Below, piece by piece: positions 1 to 44,250 of a stretch of 64,000 nt of DNA (its first letter is position 1; each line of letters opens with the position of its first letter). The notes below the pieces were generated by a model. The model was not told where the DNA came from and did not search any database. It saw only the letters and a program-made list of their open reading frames with translations. The stretch is taken from NCBI GenBank assembly GCA_051362555.1, contig CM120644.1, positions 15,584,534 through 15,648,533 of the forward strand, written 5' to 3'. Source of the DNA: Lingula anatina. Taxonomy: Eukaryota > Animalia > Brachiopoda. A program made the translations under genes and the position numbers.

Positions 1-991
1 GGCAAATGGGCCCCGAAGTTCAGTAAAGTTTTCAGCATGATTCACTATTATTATGAGTAAGGCAACCTCTTGGGGTTAAATTAATTGTTTGGTATTGAAA
101 ACAATTTGGTTGACCTTATGATATGAGTTTTATGGCTAGCTAGAGACCTGATATTTTAGCAGGTGAATTGTCACAAAATCCTACCTGGTTTTATCTTAAA
201 TGTCTTACCTGACTAACTTAAACCTAGAGTATTTTAAAGAGATTAAGTGTTGTTACAGAATCCCAACTGATCTTATCTATGATACCTTTACCTGGTATTT
301 TTTTTACCATGACCTTAAATTAGTGTCCTGGACATGGTTAAATTTGTGGACTTTTTAACTGTTATGTTGATTAAGTTAAGTAGTGTTGCATTAGAGATTA
401 ATCAAAATAGGACTTGAATTTCAAGTGCCAAATTAAAAAGGGATATTTGATTACAATCAGGAAAAGAAGTCTCCTTTCTTTTTTCACCTGACAAATTAAA
501 CCTCGTCTTTGTATATGTATGTTTTTGAAATAATTCCTAATTTGATTTCTTATTGGAATATCAAAAAAAGATGTCCAATTGACCTTTAAAGCATCACTTC
601 AATATGTGACACAATTAACACTTACCACTGAATCAGCTTATTAAATGTAGTCCCAAAGGAAGAACACCATGCTAGTAGTTACTTGTGGTTGTGAATTTAT
701 GAAATTGATATATTCTGTCAGATTTGCATAATTTATTATATGCAGTCTAGACACTGATGTAGATTGATAACAAGATTAAGACACAGAGCAACAGGTGTGA
801 CATATTTTATATGTGTCAACATTACATCAGAAGTTACACAATATACAACTGTTAATTGAAATACAGAGAGAGCTGTTGCACCTTGTTATGTAACAATGTG
901 ATAACATCATGCCAAAGTAAACCACATGCCATATAATTTGAAGATTAATTGTCTTACTTTTACCATATATTGCATCATATTATATAGCAGG

Positions 992-1114
992 CTGGGGTAG
1001 CGCTAAAAATGCTATTTAAAACTGACTTCAATTGGCTAAACAAAAAGGGTTTGAATTGACTTCTTTTTGTCATATTTCAACCATTTGGCAAAAAAATTGC
1101 CAGTGCTAAACCAG
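992..1114. mobile_element. MITE family B, internally deleted copy
   Basis: Shares CTGGGGTAGCGCT start and ttggct.aacaaaaa..ttgactt..accatttgg core with 4129-4307. Confidence 0.6.
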
Positions 1115-3706
1115 GCAGTGCATATATTAACAGTTATTGGGACTAAGAAAGTGCCCTTGAAACCCCTCCACACACACACACACACACACACACACCATTC
1201 CCTTTGTTAACCCATCGGCGAATATTTCCAAATCAAAGCTTCAAAAGTGATCTGGGATAGGTATTCATAATATTTCCATGAAATTGCTATCTCAGTGGGT
1301 GTCCATGTTTAATATCCTGATCCCCACACAGCTGTTCCTGACCAGCAATGATTTCTATCTCGGATTACCTGGAAGTGCCTCTTTTGATGTCAGCAGACCC
1401 CCAGCAGAGCTTCCAGTGCCCATGTGTTGTAACAGACAGGTGAATGAGTGATGGGGCCCCGTAGGGGTTTTCAATCAACAGATTTTATTGATGATCAAAG
1501 GGAAACAAGATAAGGTCCAAGACTGGAACTGTTTTGAGTTTGTTTGGCTTAAAGCTGCTCTTTGAAAATATGCTTAGAATTGCTTATAAGATTACTGATT
1601 TCAGGTATTATCAGATATTTCTTGAAAATAAAATTATACCACTTGTAAGAACTTGTGTTGACTTGTATGTGGGGAAATTGTAATTTTGCCCACATTTATT
1701 GATACATCACCACATGTGGCTTTAACACTTGATTTTGCTGGTGTTACAATGTGCAACTATATTGCTCGATTGGGCGGGGGGGGGGGGGGGGGGGGTTACT
1801 AGTAGTCATACCACATCTTGACCCATCATTAACATTCCAATTTACAGTAAAGAGACATTCCCCTGGTTATTGGTCATTGACACTGACCATCACAAATTTG
1901 GCCACCCTTATAGGGCATTTAGGGACTTAATTGCCCATCCCAAACCCCAAAAAGAAACCCTTCAGAAATGTTTATCAACATTAATTGAAATGTGTACCCG
2001 AAAAGAGTGAGTCACTGGTTTTAGCTTCAAAACTTGTACAGTGCGTCTAAATAAACACCTTTGTTCAAGTGTTTTTGGCAGGCATTTCAAGCTTCAGGTG
2101 GCCGGACCTCTAGGGCTTTTAATTGGCAAAATGGCAAATAAGGCGTAAAATGAAAAGCCTTGTTTAAGTGTTGGAAGTGAGCCCATTGGTGTGTATTTTT
2201 GAAAACCTTTGTGTTTTGTTTGAATTTTAGTTTATTTTTCGTAGAAGAAATTTTTTGAAAGTTCAGCAATAGAGTATTAAGTTGTATTGGTATGATTAAA
2301 AATTAATGTCTGTTTGACAGCTAATGACAGTGATGGAGATGGCATTTTGAAAGAACGGCAATTGTAGACAAGAAAATATAAGTTATTAATTTGGTGTACT
2401 GTTGCACATCATCTACGCATGTGGAAAATAGGCTGACTCACCAACTCTCGAACTGAAACACTGTAATCAAGTTCGAAAGCCAGGACTGTATTGACTTGCC
2501 CTCTTTCAAACTGAAACTGGTAATAATCACATGCATGAAAAGTTGCACCTATATTGATCTCGCTCTCAATAAATCTGTGCGCTTGTCGAAGCACGAGGTA
2601 TTAATTTGGCATAAATTATGCAGCAGGTGGTTGTCAAATGTTCGATAATTTCCTGGTTGGTTGTGTATGACCTAATTACTAGTAGCTATCTTTACAGTGT
2701 ATGATACCTTGTGAAATTGACATGAAATTGACGTGTGGTTTTTATTAAATTGATCTGTTTATATAAATACAGTACATTTGAAATGTACTGGTGATTTAGT
2801 GCAGTTAGACTGCAACAGTCTTGAAACATGTTTACAAGAGAGATAGGTGGGCTCCTTTGTCAGCTATTCATTTAATTGAAGCTAGATATCAGGGAGTGTT
2901 CAACCTTTATTCTCTATAGTGCACATGTCTACTTATGTCCATATGTGTGTTCATGGCGTTCGTCTACCTTCTACCAGGTCCACAAATTGATTTTTCACTA
3001 GATATTCTCAGATAATGTCTCCGGCTAAATACAGTCTTCTAATTGTGCCTGGTGGAAAATGTAATATCTGCCGCGGTGATAGAGGGTAGCGTTGGTTAAT
3101 TGACATGACAACATGCAGGACAACAAGTAAAAATAGTTTTTATTTGCAGTGAATATATAGCTCTGTCTGACAACCTGTAGAGAAAGGTCGTTGTATCTTC
3201 AGTGTAAATGCAGCTTCTCCTTTGCAACATCCATTGTAGTGTGACATAAGCATGTTACAAACATGATAAATAATGTTCACTTATTGCCCACAAATACATG
3301 TATCCATCACACTGTTGTGTGTATATTTTTCAATCACCTCAGGAAATAAAAAGTCTGACCACTTCCTCAATGACCCTGTATAGGAAATAGTGGACCTAGA
3401 TGACCTAAAATAAAGGGCATGTTTCCTTCCTCACTATGTAAGGGCAGGGTTCTCTTTGAAGTGGTATCATAACATATCATAACTGTAGCCCTTTTTTTCT
3501 CTATGATGAAGATACTGCCTTAAACAACAACACCAAATTTTATAAATTTGTATAATCTTGAACTGTGAAATGTAATTACTGTAATATAATTCTAAATGTT
3601 ACTTGATAGTAATTACAATGACCCAATGGCAATGACTGTATGGTAATCCATAAAAAATTCAAATTCATCTTCAAGAAAATTCTAGTATGATGCCATGTCT
3701 TTAAGC

Positions 3707-3759
<53 letters not shown>

Positions 3760-4128
3760 AAGAGAGGGCAGATAGCTAGCCCCACAAGATATTAAAACAG
3801 ATATTCATGCATCCCTCCCCATTCAGAGTGATTTGTTGTGGTCCGTGTCATTTATGGTACATTTAATGGCTGTATTCTCACCATTAATGGGCCTGCAGAC
3901 TGTCCTGCCCCCAGCCTTTCCTTTACCTCTCTCCATCTTAATGATAGATGAATGGCTAGAAAATTGAATATCAAATTGGCATTGAGTGTTAAAATGGTTC
4001 TTTTACAACTGTCTGTGTCATTTTGGGTGGTTAACTCAGTTGTTGGTTGGTTTGCTTCAGGGTGGATGTCGTACATGCAAACCCAGTGATTAGTATCTCA
4101 AACATCCATTTTTCCTTTTCGGTATTAG

Positions 4129-4307
4129 CTGGGGTAGCGCTCGCGCTAACACTCTCCAATTTAGCCATATGCTAAAATTGACCTAAGTTGGCTGAACAAA
4201 AAATGGTTAATTTGACTTGTTTTAGTCAAATTTAAACCATTTGGAGAAGAAAGTAATGAAAAAGTAGTAATTTGGCTAAGAGAAAAAAAATGCCAGCACT
4301 ACCCCAG
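4129..4307. mobile_element. MITE family B (CTGGGGTAGCGCT termini)
   Basis: TIR CTGGGGTAGCGCT / AGCACTACCCCAG; homologous copies at 992-1114 and 13895-14086. Confidence 0.7.
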
Positions 4308-4746
4308 ATTGTATCTCAGGCATTCACTTGTCTTTTGAGTAGAGTTGTTTATAGTGTTGAAATCACCCTATCTTGCTATATAGCATGATAAAATTATTGT
4401 TTGAATTGCAAAGTTTTTGAAATTTATAAGCTTTCTATTGATATTTTACATATATATATATATATATATTTGTTGGTTTACGAAAATGGTCATGCTATCA
4501 TGCTCATCCTAAAACGGGTTTAAGCAAGCTGTCACTCTTTTGGTCTCCTTGACCTATAAATGGTATCATACAAAATGAAGACCACGGAAAAAAAAAGAAA
4601 TATTGCAAGAGTAATTGTTATGTTTAGGTGTATAAATGATTGTATAAATTTTATTTTTATTGTAGACAGCCAGCATGTTTTTTGTATCACAAAAGAGTTT
4701 TAACACTTTTAACATATATGCAATAAGTTTCTCTTCTTCCTTTCAG

Positions 4747-34320
<29,574 letters not shown>

Positions 34321-37300
34321 AAAATGGCGTAGCTCTTTGGTCACAACCAGAAGGAACTCGGTTTTAGCCTCGGTTTTTGTCTTTTTATGAAATAAAAAGC
34401 GGCATTGGATTGATTATTTGACACATTTTGATTTTGCTTAATGCTTTCTTAATGCAAAGTTTACTACTCCAGTGGATGGTGTTTCGTGGATTTATTTTGC
34501 CAGTGATTAGGGAGCATAATTGCTATCAAGTTTGTATGCTGCTGCCGCCTGGTGACCAGAATGGGGCAATTATCTTTGGGCCCCCCAAAAATTGGAAACC
34601 TGTGAATGATTGATTTATTACATGCTAAGAGGATGCTGTGCACTTTTAAGAACATGTCACTCGCTTATCTAACATTGCCATTTTTATGTATATCTTCAAA
34701 AGAAATGGGCAGACAAAGGTTCTTTCAGTGAAGGCAACAGCTGTATATTTCACGATAGTCGAGGTCATATATGTAGCTTGACAAATGTTACAGATTTGTT
34801 CCATTCTATTTGCAACTGGGCTATCATGCTGTAGCATATACAAAATATGTTGTTATTCATTTGATGGAGTCACCCACATTCAACATCTGGACATGCTGAA
34901 GAGGAGCTTCATCTTTTGTCTGAAGATATGAAGTCAGTTATGGAATATTACCAGATATTTGCATTTTTAGGAGCATAGTAACTTTGTTCCAATGAATATT
35001 TTACAAAAGGCTGATTGAAAAAATAATCATTGCATTTTACTTTGTTTTTTTACTTTGTTTGACCTCCTAATGTACTAACTTTTTTTGCACTTGAGGTACA
35101 TGAGAGCTGGTTCGATTGATAGTGCCATTTGTACTCTGCTATTGAATAGCCATTGTTATGGTTAGATAAGTTTTATGTTTAAGATAGTGCAGGCAGATAT
35201 CAGATTTAACAAAAAGGCAATGACTAAAGTTCTGGGAGAGAAATTGCCCAATGACCTTGACCTTTTTTTTTTTCTTGAACCACAATTGACTACATAGGCC
35301 ATATATTTCCCCCCTGACTGGTAAGAATTACATGTTTTGTAGCAGACATTGACAAAGGATATAAGTCTTGACAGATTGGACTTTTTTGTTTTAAAGAATT
35401 ACGTTGTTGGAGTCACTGACCTCCATTTTGGTCACCGCTTGTCACATCAGAGGTCTGCTATCTTTGAAGATAAAAAATCATATTTTTCAATAAGATAACT
35501 CATGCCCAATATAATAAAGGGCTTATATCAGTAATGTTGGTACTCATTATAACATATCAATCATCATCATTTATATTGTACAATGTATATATGTGCTAGA
35601 TAGTAAAAAATATTCTAAGATTTGGATGCGATGAGCCGTATGTAATTATGATAGGCAACTAACATCACTTTTATTGGAAGTAAAATAATGCAGCATGAAG
35701 ATGTTATTTTGACCAACAAAGAAACTTAATGGGAAAGAAAATACTCTGATGGTTCAAAGGCAATGGAATATTTCATTGAAGCAAGCTATAAAAATGTGTA
35801 GTAAATTAAGTCATTGTCAGAGTTTTGACTTTTTAATTTCTACACCTAATCCGAAACCTGTAACATGGGTGTGATCTTTCCCCCAACCTCTATAAGGGAT
35901 GCCCACTTAACACTATGGAATTTCAAGGGGGTTGAAACAGAATCTATAACAGATATAATAGCCTATGTGTAGAAATTAAAAAATTAAAACCATGATAACA
36001 GATCTGTTATGGACTAACCACTTCTTGTCCACATAATGGAGCATTTTTCGTGTTCTAAGAGAAGAACAACACATCACCTTTTTGGCAATATTTGTGTACT
36101 TAAGAAGATACCAGATTGAGTGGGACATGCATTTTATTATGCAAAATATGACATCCTTTAAAACTAATTTCTATTTTGAGCATATTGAAAAATAATAATT
36201 ATAATAATAATGCATGCACATCTAAAGACCAAATGTTATACTGGCAAAACTTTTTTAATACAAATTTGATTGTTTTTGCAAGGACATTGGGATACTTAAA
36301 AACAGTTTGTTTGTTTGAATATAATAAGATGCAAAAAAGAAAGACCAACTAAATCCATCCAATCTTTTTTCCATCCAAAGTGTGTTTTATGAATTAATTT
36401 ACTAAACAATACTACTACTTTTTTTAAATTTGATGTTGAAATGAATTTCAAATTTAATTGTACTCAAATGTAATAGTCTTCTTTTAGATTATTTCGAACC
36501 TGTTTTAAAATTTTGTTCTTGTATTTTTTTTCTTTTTCAAATTCTTGAATGTTTTTGTGTTATCAAAGAGTATCTGCAATATACGAAGAAAGACAACAGG
36601 GTGACACATTTTATCTGCCCTGTGCAATTAATTAAAATTTTAAAGAAATTTTATTTGTGTTTTAAAACATGGTGAAGTTGGGCATAAAGAAATATTCTTG
36701 ATAGTTGATGTTCCCACTGGTTTTTAACATATCCCAAATTTTAAATCATATCATTGCTTGATCGTACTTTTTAACAGTCCATTTTGATGTAAAGTGCAAC
36801 AAAGAGCAATTGTTTGCAGTTTTTATATAATGATAACTTATTCTTCTGACAAAATCTATATTTTAGTATAGATTTTTTTAACTTCAGAAATGATATTTAC
36901 AAAAGTGAACAGAAGTCATATCAGATGGTGCTGTGGTACAGATTTTTAAAACGTAGAGCGCCCAAGACGATATTTTAAAATCCATCCAATTTGTGATGCA
37001 AGTGAGATTGTGACCAACACTTGTGTGACAGTTCGTCAGATACTTGTCTGTGTAATCCTACAGTAAAAGCGTGTGCCTTATATATATATGGTATGTATCT
37101 TTGTGAAATTTTATTACTTTTAAGGCCAAAATTTAGAAAAAAAAGTGGCAAAAGCAGGGTTAAGTAGCTGATTATGGCAAGGCCTTCATTGAAATTCTAA
37201 CTTGGTTATGTAGAAAAGTGTAAACTAGAAAGATGCTTGTGTATAATGTGCTAGTTATAATTTTTTGTTTTATTAAGAACATGGCACATCATACGATAAT

Positions 37301-38489
37301 TATACTGTTTGAATTCAAACTCCTGTAGTTATTTGTGGATATTCACATACCTTGCCAAAGCAATATTGGCCAATCAAATGGCAACTTGCCTGGTGATATC
37401 TTCATGGTACTATAGGTGTCAGTAAAGATCAAGATAGCACCTAACCCAGGCAAAGTTAAGGGCTTGGTCATTGCTCATTTTTTGTTAAAGGGGATTTATA
37501 TGGACGGGAATTACATGCCTAACCATCATCTTCAGCTACCAAATATGTAACAGAATACATTCAGAATAGACATACCGCAAAATTATAAACATGCAACCCA
37601 AGATTGTTTGCAGGCACAGGCATTTTACCATGCCACAGGAAGTATATAAATGCTAATTACATATATAATGATAAGCTTAGGCCTCTGTGCAAAGAAAAAA
37701 ATACAGTTATACAACTTGCCTAGAGTACTGTCAATTGCGAATAGAATCCACTGTTTACTCATTTTGGATAATATACAATTAAATCTATCCGCGGCAACTG
37801 TTGCCGCTACATAGGAAATTTAACTTAACTGATTGTATAGTGTATATATTGGTCAGGATAGCTGTGTAGATGTAGAGTTGTAGTGTAAAAGCACAGTCCA
37901 GTTATTTCCTTCCCTTTTGCTTGTGTAAGCACATCTATGTGAATTTCTGGCAGGGCGAGAGGGAATAAATAAATATTATAACACAAAGTTGCCTGTGAAT
38001 TTTGTCTTTGTGTATATATATATATATATGGCAGAACATCGATATCAAGCAAGAGACGCTCCCGTGTCTCACGCGTCGAGGGGGGGGGGGGGGGGGGGGC
38101 TCCCCTTGGCAATCTAACGAAGTTTCTGCCGTTCCATTTCCTTTATTAACCACGGTGACCCACGTACAACAGATGAAAAGTTTATTTTCCGAGCGCTATT
38201 TAACTTTCGGATACTATGAGAATAATTCCAATTACCATTAGTACGATTTTTTAAGACAGCTCATATATCCAATATAGTGCAGAAGGATAAACAACAGTTA
38301 CGGAACAACAATTTTAATAATTTTGATTAAGTCAGTCACTGTTGCGATAAAACATTAGTGGGTTTGGATGTCAACTGTTTGCATTTCCCGTCATGATGTA
38401 TTATTCAGCCGTGTTCACTCCCAGTGATCTCATTCTTCGTATTGATGTAATGTTTTCAGAAAGCAAGAAGAAAAAAACAAATACTATGT

Positions 38490-38634
38490 TAAATATTTAA
38501 AGCACCGCTCGCAAAAGAGGCGCTTTAGAGTTTTTATGTAGGTTCGGTGTGCCACGTATTCTACCAGGTAAAAGCCACCTCGCAGCGACAGAGACAGACG
38601 CATTTTGTCAGAAGTCATTGGCTAATAAGGTACG
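38490..38634 (+). promoter_or_regulatory. Putative TATA-like box and non-coding first exon of FReD paralog 1
   Basis: TATTTAAA near 38494 and donor AAG|gtacgt at 38629 are both retained in the duplicate (~50449; AAG|gtatgt 50587); the ATG exon has an acceptor 2 nt before ATG, so an upstream exon is required. Confidence 0.45.
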
Positions 38635-38684
38635 TGAACATAAACACACAAGGGGCTTGATAGATCTGTGACACACTCCTGTAT

Positions 38685-38719
<35 letters not shown>

Positions 38720-38896
38720 CGGACAAAGCAAATTTTGTATCAAATGTTTTTTCCTCATATATCTATAGCGTTATAAAAGATAAAAAGGTGAAAACGTTGA
38801 AATATTCCAAACTTATGTAACAGAATGAAAAAAATGGTCACTTATCTTGGGTACCGTATTTTTTATATTAAAAAGATGCATGTTTTGTTTGTAGAA

Positions 38897-41800
38897 ATGG
38901 CACTAAGAGGATGTCTTCAGCGGAGAACACTACTGATTCTGGCTGTAGGGCTGACATTTCACCAAACATGTAAGTAGCAGAAACTGTATATTTGTAGTAG
39001 GGACCGTTCACATTGTATTTTGACAGCCTAGCTAATGCGCTCGATCCTACGGGGAATCTCGCGGAATGCAATCAGATAACCAGACTTACATGCATCCTCC
39101 TTGTGTACAGCAGAATGTAGAAAAGCTCTTGTTTATACGCGTACGTTGGAAACAAGAGCAAACAAGTAAAAATCACTCATCCTCATTATATAGATTCATT
39201 TGAAGAAAACAGAAAAAGTGAAAAATAAAGTTAAATATATGGTCGCGATTTTTCTCTTTTCTAAATGATGAAAGAGAGTTATAAATATGGGATTTTAATA
39301 TAAATCATTGAAAATTTTAATACTCATACCTTGTTAGTATAGGGACGAAGTAACGAAGATTAGGCCTATTTTGGTAACGAAAGTTTGAAATAAAAAAAAC
39401 CTCTTGGATAATATTCGGACGACATAAATACTAAGAAAAATTAGACCGCGCTAAAGGGGTATCACGAGATTTTGTCCTCATTTTCAAGTATATTTTTTCA
39501 CAATGCCTAGTAACGAAAGTTTTGCAAATTGCTTTCTACGAGAGTGCAGTTTTGCCACGTTTGCTCTAAACCAATTGGCTCTGTCCTGTCACCATATTGT
39601 TATCCTAGTAATAGATAAAACTAAATTGAGGATTTAATTTATTGCTAAAATATTACATAAAAAAAACTGAAGCAAGTAAAAAAAATAACCAACCAACCAA
39701 AAAACGTAAGAAAAAGGTTTTTCCATTTTTTAAAATCCAGCGACACCATGAAAGTAGCCGCAAGGTATTTATTTATTGAGTTATTTGGCGGTTTTCGTTT
39801 TGAATAGTCTTTGACATTTCAAATGTCGACTGTGGAGTTGCCCCGGATAGTGTATGGCCATATGAACAGACTTGATAAGCAGGGGCCCAAGAGAGAGGGT
39901 TAAGAAACAAAATGTACGAACTGACATGCGTCATTCAGAATTGGAACTCAACTCTAGACTACTCGTGACTTTCCGTTACCATGCTTTGGTGATGGGTTTG
40001 GATATATTTGCGACCGTAATCAAATGGTACAAGTTCCCAGTTGTGTCCAAGACAGTGGAGCGACTATGGAGACCCAGAAGCTTTGATGATAGACTTCAGA
40101 TCAAATGGAAACGTTATTTAAACCTTGACACGGAAAGGGACAGTTTAGATGTATGTTTACAACTGCAATCACAGTCGATAACCTGGGTGCCGTACAAATG
40201 TTTTAAAGGTCGGGCGCTTTCCATTCAAGCAACGATGCGAATATTTAAAAAAACATATTTGGCAAAAAAATAAAAAATAAAAAAATCATTAGAGAAGATA
40301 CCGTTTTTGTCTGCTAAATGGGGTTGACAGGTGGTATGATACCAGGATTATTTTGGGGGGCCTATATTTTATTTATTTTCTATTTTTATTTTATTACTAT
40401 TTTTTTATTATTTTTAAAGGGATGACAGGCCTCCGATACGAAGCCGACCCTCGCCCACCTTGGAGAATACTAGGGGAATATTAGTGTGCTTTTTTTTAAA
40501 GAAACCTAGATCCGCCATTGAGGTGTGTCCCCTACCAATGTGTAGATAATTATGTACACTATTCGCTGACAGCGCAGAAAAGTAACATAACTTTTCAAGC
40601 GAAATTTAGTGAAAAAATCGATGTTTCTGGTAGGGGACAACCAAGATACAGTATATTACTTACGTCAGACCCTATTGTTTATCTGTTCTGCTTCGAATGA
40701 GAAAATCATTACGATACTCTGAAAAATGGTGTACACATTTGCAAAATGCTAGGTAGATTACTTTCTGGTAAATGAATTATTGAACAGAAGGGGAATACAA
40801 AAATGGATGTTTCTATTTTGAATTGTTTCAGAAACGTTTTGAGGATTTTTATGTCATTTGAAACAAATGATAAAATGTGTATTAATTCTTTGAATATCTA
40901 CTTCATTCAGTCAGAGTTAAAAGAAAAGAAATTTTATTAAAACCAATTAAGTGTCATTTGATATAGGAGCTCAGATGATGAGTTAAGCAAAAACGCGCCT
41001 GGGAATCGTATGGAAAAAAGGCATCATTTTTTTCAGTTATTAAAAGGCAAACATTTTCACGGACAATTCCACGGCTAATGAGGTTTGCTGATCGAGATTG
41101 ATGACAGCCATCACCGAGTGCACTTTTTACCAGGGGTCCTTCGAGTTGTTACAAAATTAGTTGAAGGACCTTTTCATTCAAACCGATTTGAAGTCATTTG
41201 TTATAGGAGCCCAGATGATGAGTTAAGCAAATACGCGCCCTGGAATTGGATGGAAGAAAATACATTTTTTTCCGTACGTAAATGGCAAACATTTTCACAG
41301 CCAATGGCGCGGTTGATGAGGCTTGCTGATCGAGATTGATGACAGCCATCACCGAGTGCACTTTTTTACCAGGGGCCCGTCGAGTTGTTACAAAATTTGT
41401 TGAAGGACCTTCGACCAATTTTGCCACTGCAAGGAAGACCGCGAATGTGTTTGCCTTGCTTGGTCTGAAATCTGGTATTCCGATGAATGAATTGAAGGAG
41501 GGATGAAAAATGAATGAAGCAACAAACGAGGGGATATGAAGGGAGTTGGGGTGGTAGGGAGGCTTAATGACAGAAAGAAAGAAAGAAAAGAAGGAGAAAG
41601 ATAGGTAGAGAGCACTGAGCTATTGATATTCTCCATACTGTCAAGATTATGTTAGAGCTGCATGCGATCTATAGGGCTGCTACATACTATATTCTGCCAA
41701 AAATAATAACGAAAAAACAATTAAAAACAGGCGGTGAGAATTTTAAGGAACATGTTTATTTCGTATGTTAAAAAAAGATAAATTGATATATTTACGGAAA

Positions 41801-42926
41801 CGCCAGACAAAATAGATAAGTTGCTTAACTTGGTTGGTAATGGCGACTTTTTCTGCAGGGTCGGTCTGCGAGATTCATTTGTTCTAGTAATTTATATTCC
41901 ATTTTAATTGCTTTATTTTTACATTAATAGAGCATTTCAATGCAATCTACATCTTTGAAGCTAAACAGCAAAGCTTGTGAATAAAATTTTTAGGAACAAC
42001 TTAAATCTTGGCTTCATTTCCCTACTTTCTAGGCCTGAGGACACTATGGATACATGCCCAGATTACTAATCAAGTCTTCACGTCCACGGCGAACTCTTAC
42101 CTCCCACATTCCGTTATGAAGACGGTCACGGCACGGAGTCCGTTGGAGTGTGTTACGCTCTGTAAAACCACCCCGGGATGCCTTTCTTGCAATTTCTACG
42201 CCGGAAAGTCAGGTATGGTGTAAATTTTCCATACTACTCGTGGCTACCTACTCTTTCATACTGTTGACCAAAGTACCTACTAAACAACTGGTATCCGAAA
42301 ACAAAAGAAGACCCACATTTTTAAAGATGCATACAAAGTTAATATTTTGCCACATAAACTGACCACATGTGTGCTTTTTATATTTTTGTATATATAAATA
42401 GCTTCGCAACAATTGCAAGTATATATATCTAGAATCCAAAATATCTTCCATCCTCACACACAGTAGGACAATATTAAAAAATATTTGAAATTTATTTAGT
42501 GTATTTAGTCATGTACAAGTAAAGGCCAGGTAATTCACTGCCCACGTTTATTAGACAGACTGGATGTGAGTTCTTCGCTCCAGCTTGATAGGACCAAATT
42601 ATTCATTTATTTATTTATTTATTACAAATGTGTATGTATGTCAAAAATCGCACAAAGTCCTTTAACAATATGACATTTTGATTTTTTTACAGGTAACTGC
42701 GAGCTTAATTCCCGTTTCCAACACAGTAACGCAAACATACAGCTGCAAGAGATGGAGAATGTCAAGTTCTATGGGGTAAGCGATACTTGATTTTATCTAT
42801 TTATTCATTATTTATTATATATTTATTCGTTTATTCATTAATAAACTCCGACCCAGAGAAAAATCAACCAAAAACACTTTGTGGACAGTTACACTGCATC
42901 TTTCTTTATTTTTATATATTTGCTTT

Positions 42927-42969
<43 letters not shown>

Positions 42970-44193
42970 TTATTATTATTATTATTATCATTATTATTAT
43001 TGTTATTGTTATTTGTGTCACTGTCTTTGTCGCTGTAGCAGTGCACTTGGATGTTTTCTCGTATACCCCAATCAAAGTAAACCGTGGCACAATTATACTC
43101 TCAAACCTACAGGAATAGTATTTATTATATACTTTATATGAATAAAATCCATATTCACAAATTTACATTTTCGAGATTTAAATTTGAGGTCACATGGTTG
43201 TGATGCCAACGTCTGTCACCATCGCTTTATTTTATTTATTCATTTTTCTTCTTTATCATCTAGCTATTTATATTGACAACATAACTAATTAGAGTCTAGT
43301 TATAAGAGGCACCGAAATACATATATACTTACTCAGTTGATAACTGTTTAGTTCTAGGTGTCAAAACAAATATACTAATAACACTACGGGAATAACAGAG
43401 GATTGCACAAAAGTAGTTTGCACGAGTAGGCATATTTGTTTTTATGATGCATGCAAGTCTATAGACAAACCTAGCTTTATATATGTATAACATTATAATG
43501 TCTAAGTGACATTACACATGTGCATACAGTTATTATTATTATTATTTTTATTATTTGGAACTTATTTTGAATAATCCGATGGAATAAATACAAATGTTAC
43601 TTCGAATGTTCTTCGTTGTATCCCGGTGTACTAACAGTTTCTTCTGTACTGTGATACTAGTATTTTACCATTTATTTCCCCGACAGAAATGCTATGTGGT
43701 AATAAGTTTTTCGTTTCATTACAGATATATGCACCTCCTGATTGCAATGCATTCGGTAAGTATTGCTGACAATGTCTTTGATGTTATACATGTACGAAGC
43801 CCCTGTCCCCGGTTTCAGAGAAAAAAAAGTAAAACTTAAGTCAGGTTCACGTTCCCTGGCTAAGTAGTTAATTGCCAAGGTTACTTGGTCACAGTGGCAC
43901 ATTTTGCCCTAAGTTACAGGAACAGTGTTACAGCACTCGTGTGTAAATCCTAGTCAATCTACCCAGGAAACTGACTTAAGTATTTTCGTGAAACCGAGGC
44001 CTCGACAAAACTGCAATTCCAATATATAAATTGAATGTGGTTGTATTGTTCTTTTACTACTCATATTTTAGTTCAATTCAATTTATTCCTGTACTGACAT
44101 TTGTTATTATCTCGTACAAAAGTGAATCATTAAATGGTTATATCACACTTTAAATTTCATTTTAATTTAATATTTTTCAAAAATGTCCATTTG

Positions 44194-44250
<57 letters not shown>

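Noticed and set aside
39748-39770. ATGAAAGTAGCCGCAAG|gt as first exon of the FReD gene
   Set aside because: Wrong phase, not hydrophobic and absent from the paralog; 38897-38969 fits instead.
39872-40273. 133-aa ORF in FReD intron 2
   Set aside because: No recognisable domain, non-ATG start, and mostly not retained in the duplicate.
40970-41340. RTGATGA...CTGA C/D-box snoRNA-like pairs in the 240-bp duplication (also ~63246-63360)
   Set aside because: Terminal stem is poor, I recognise no rRNA antisense element, and the host gene type is atypical; a snoRNA scan would be needed.
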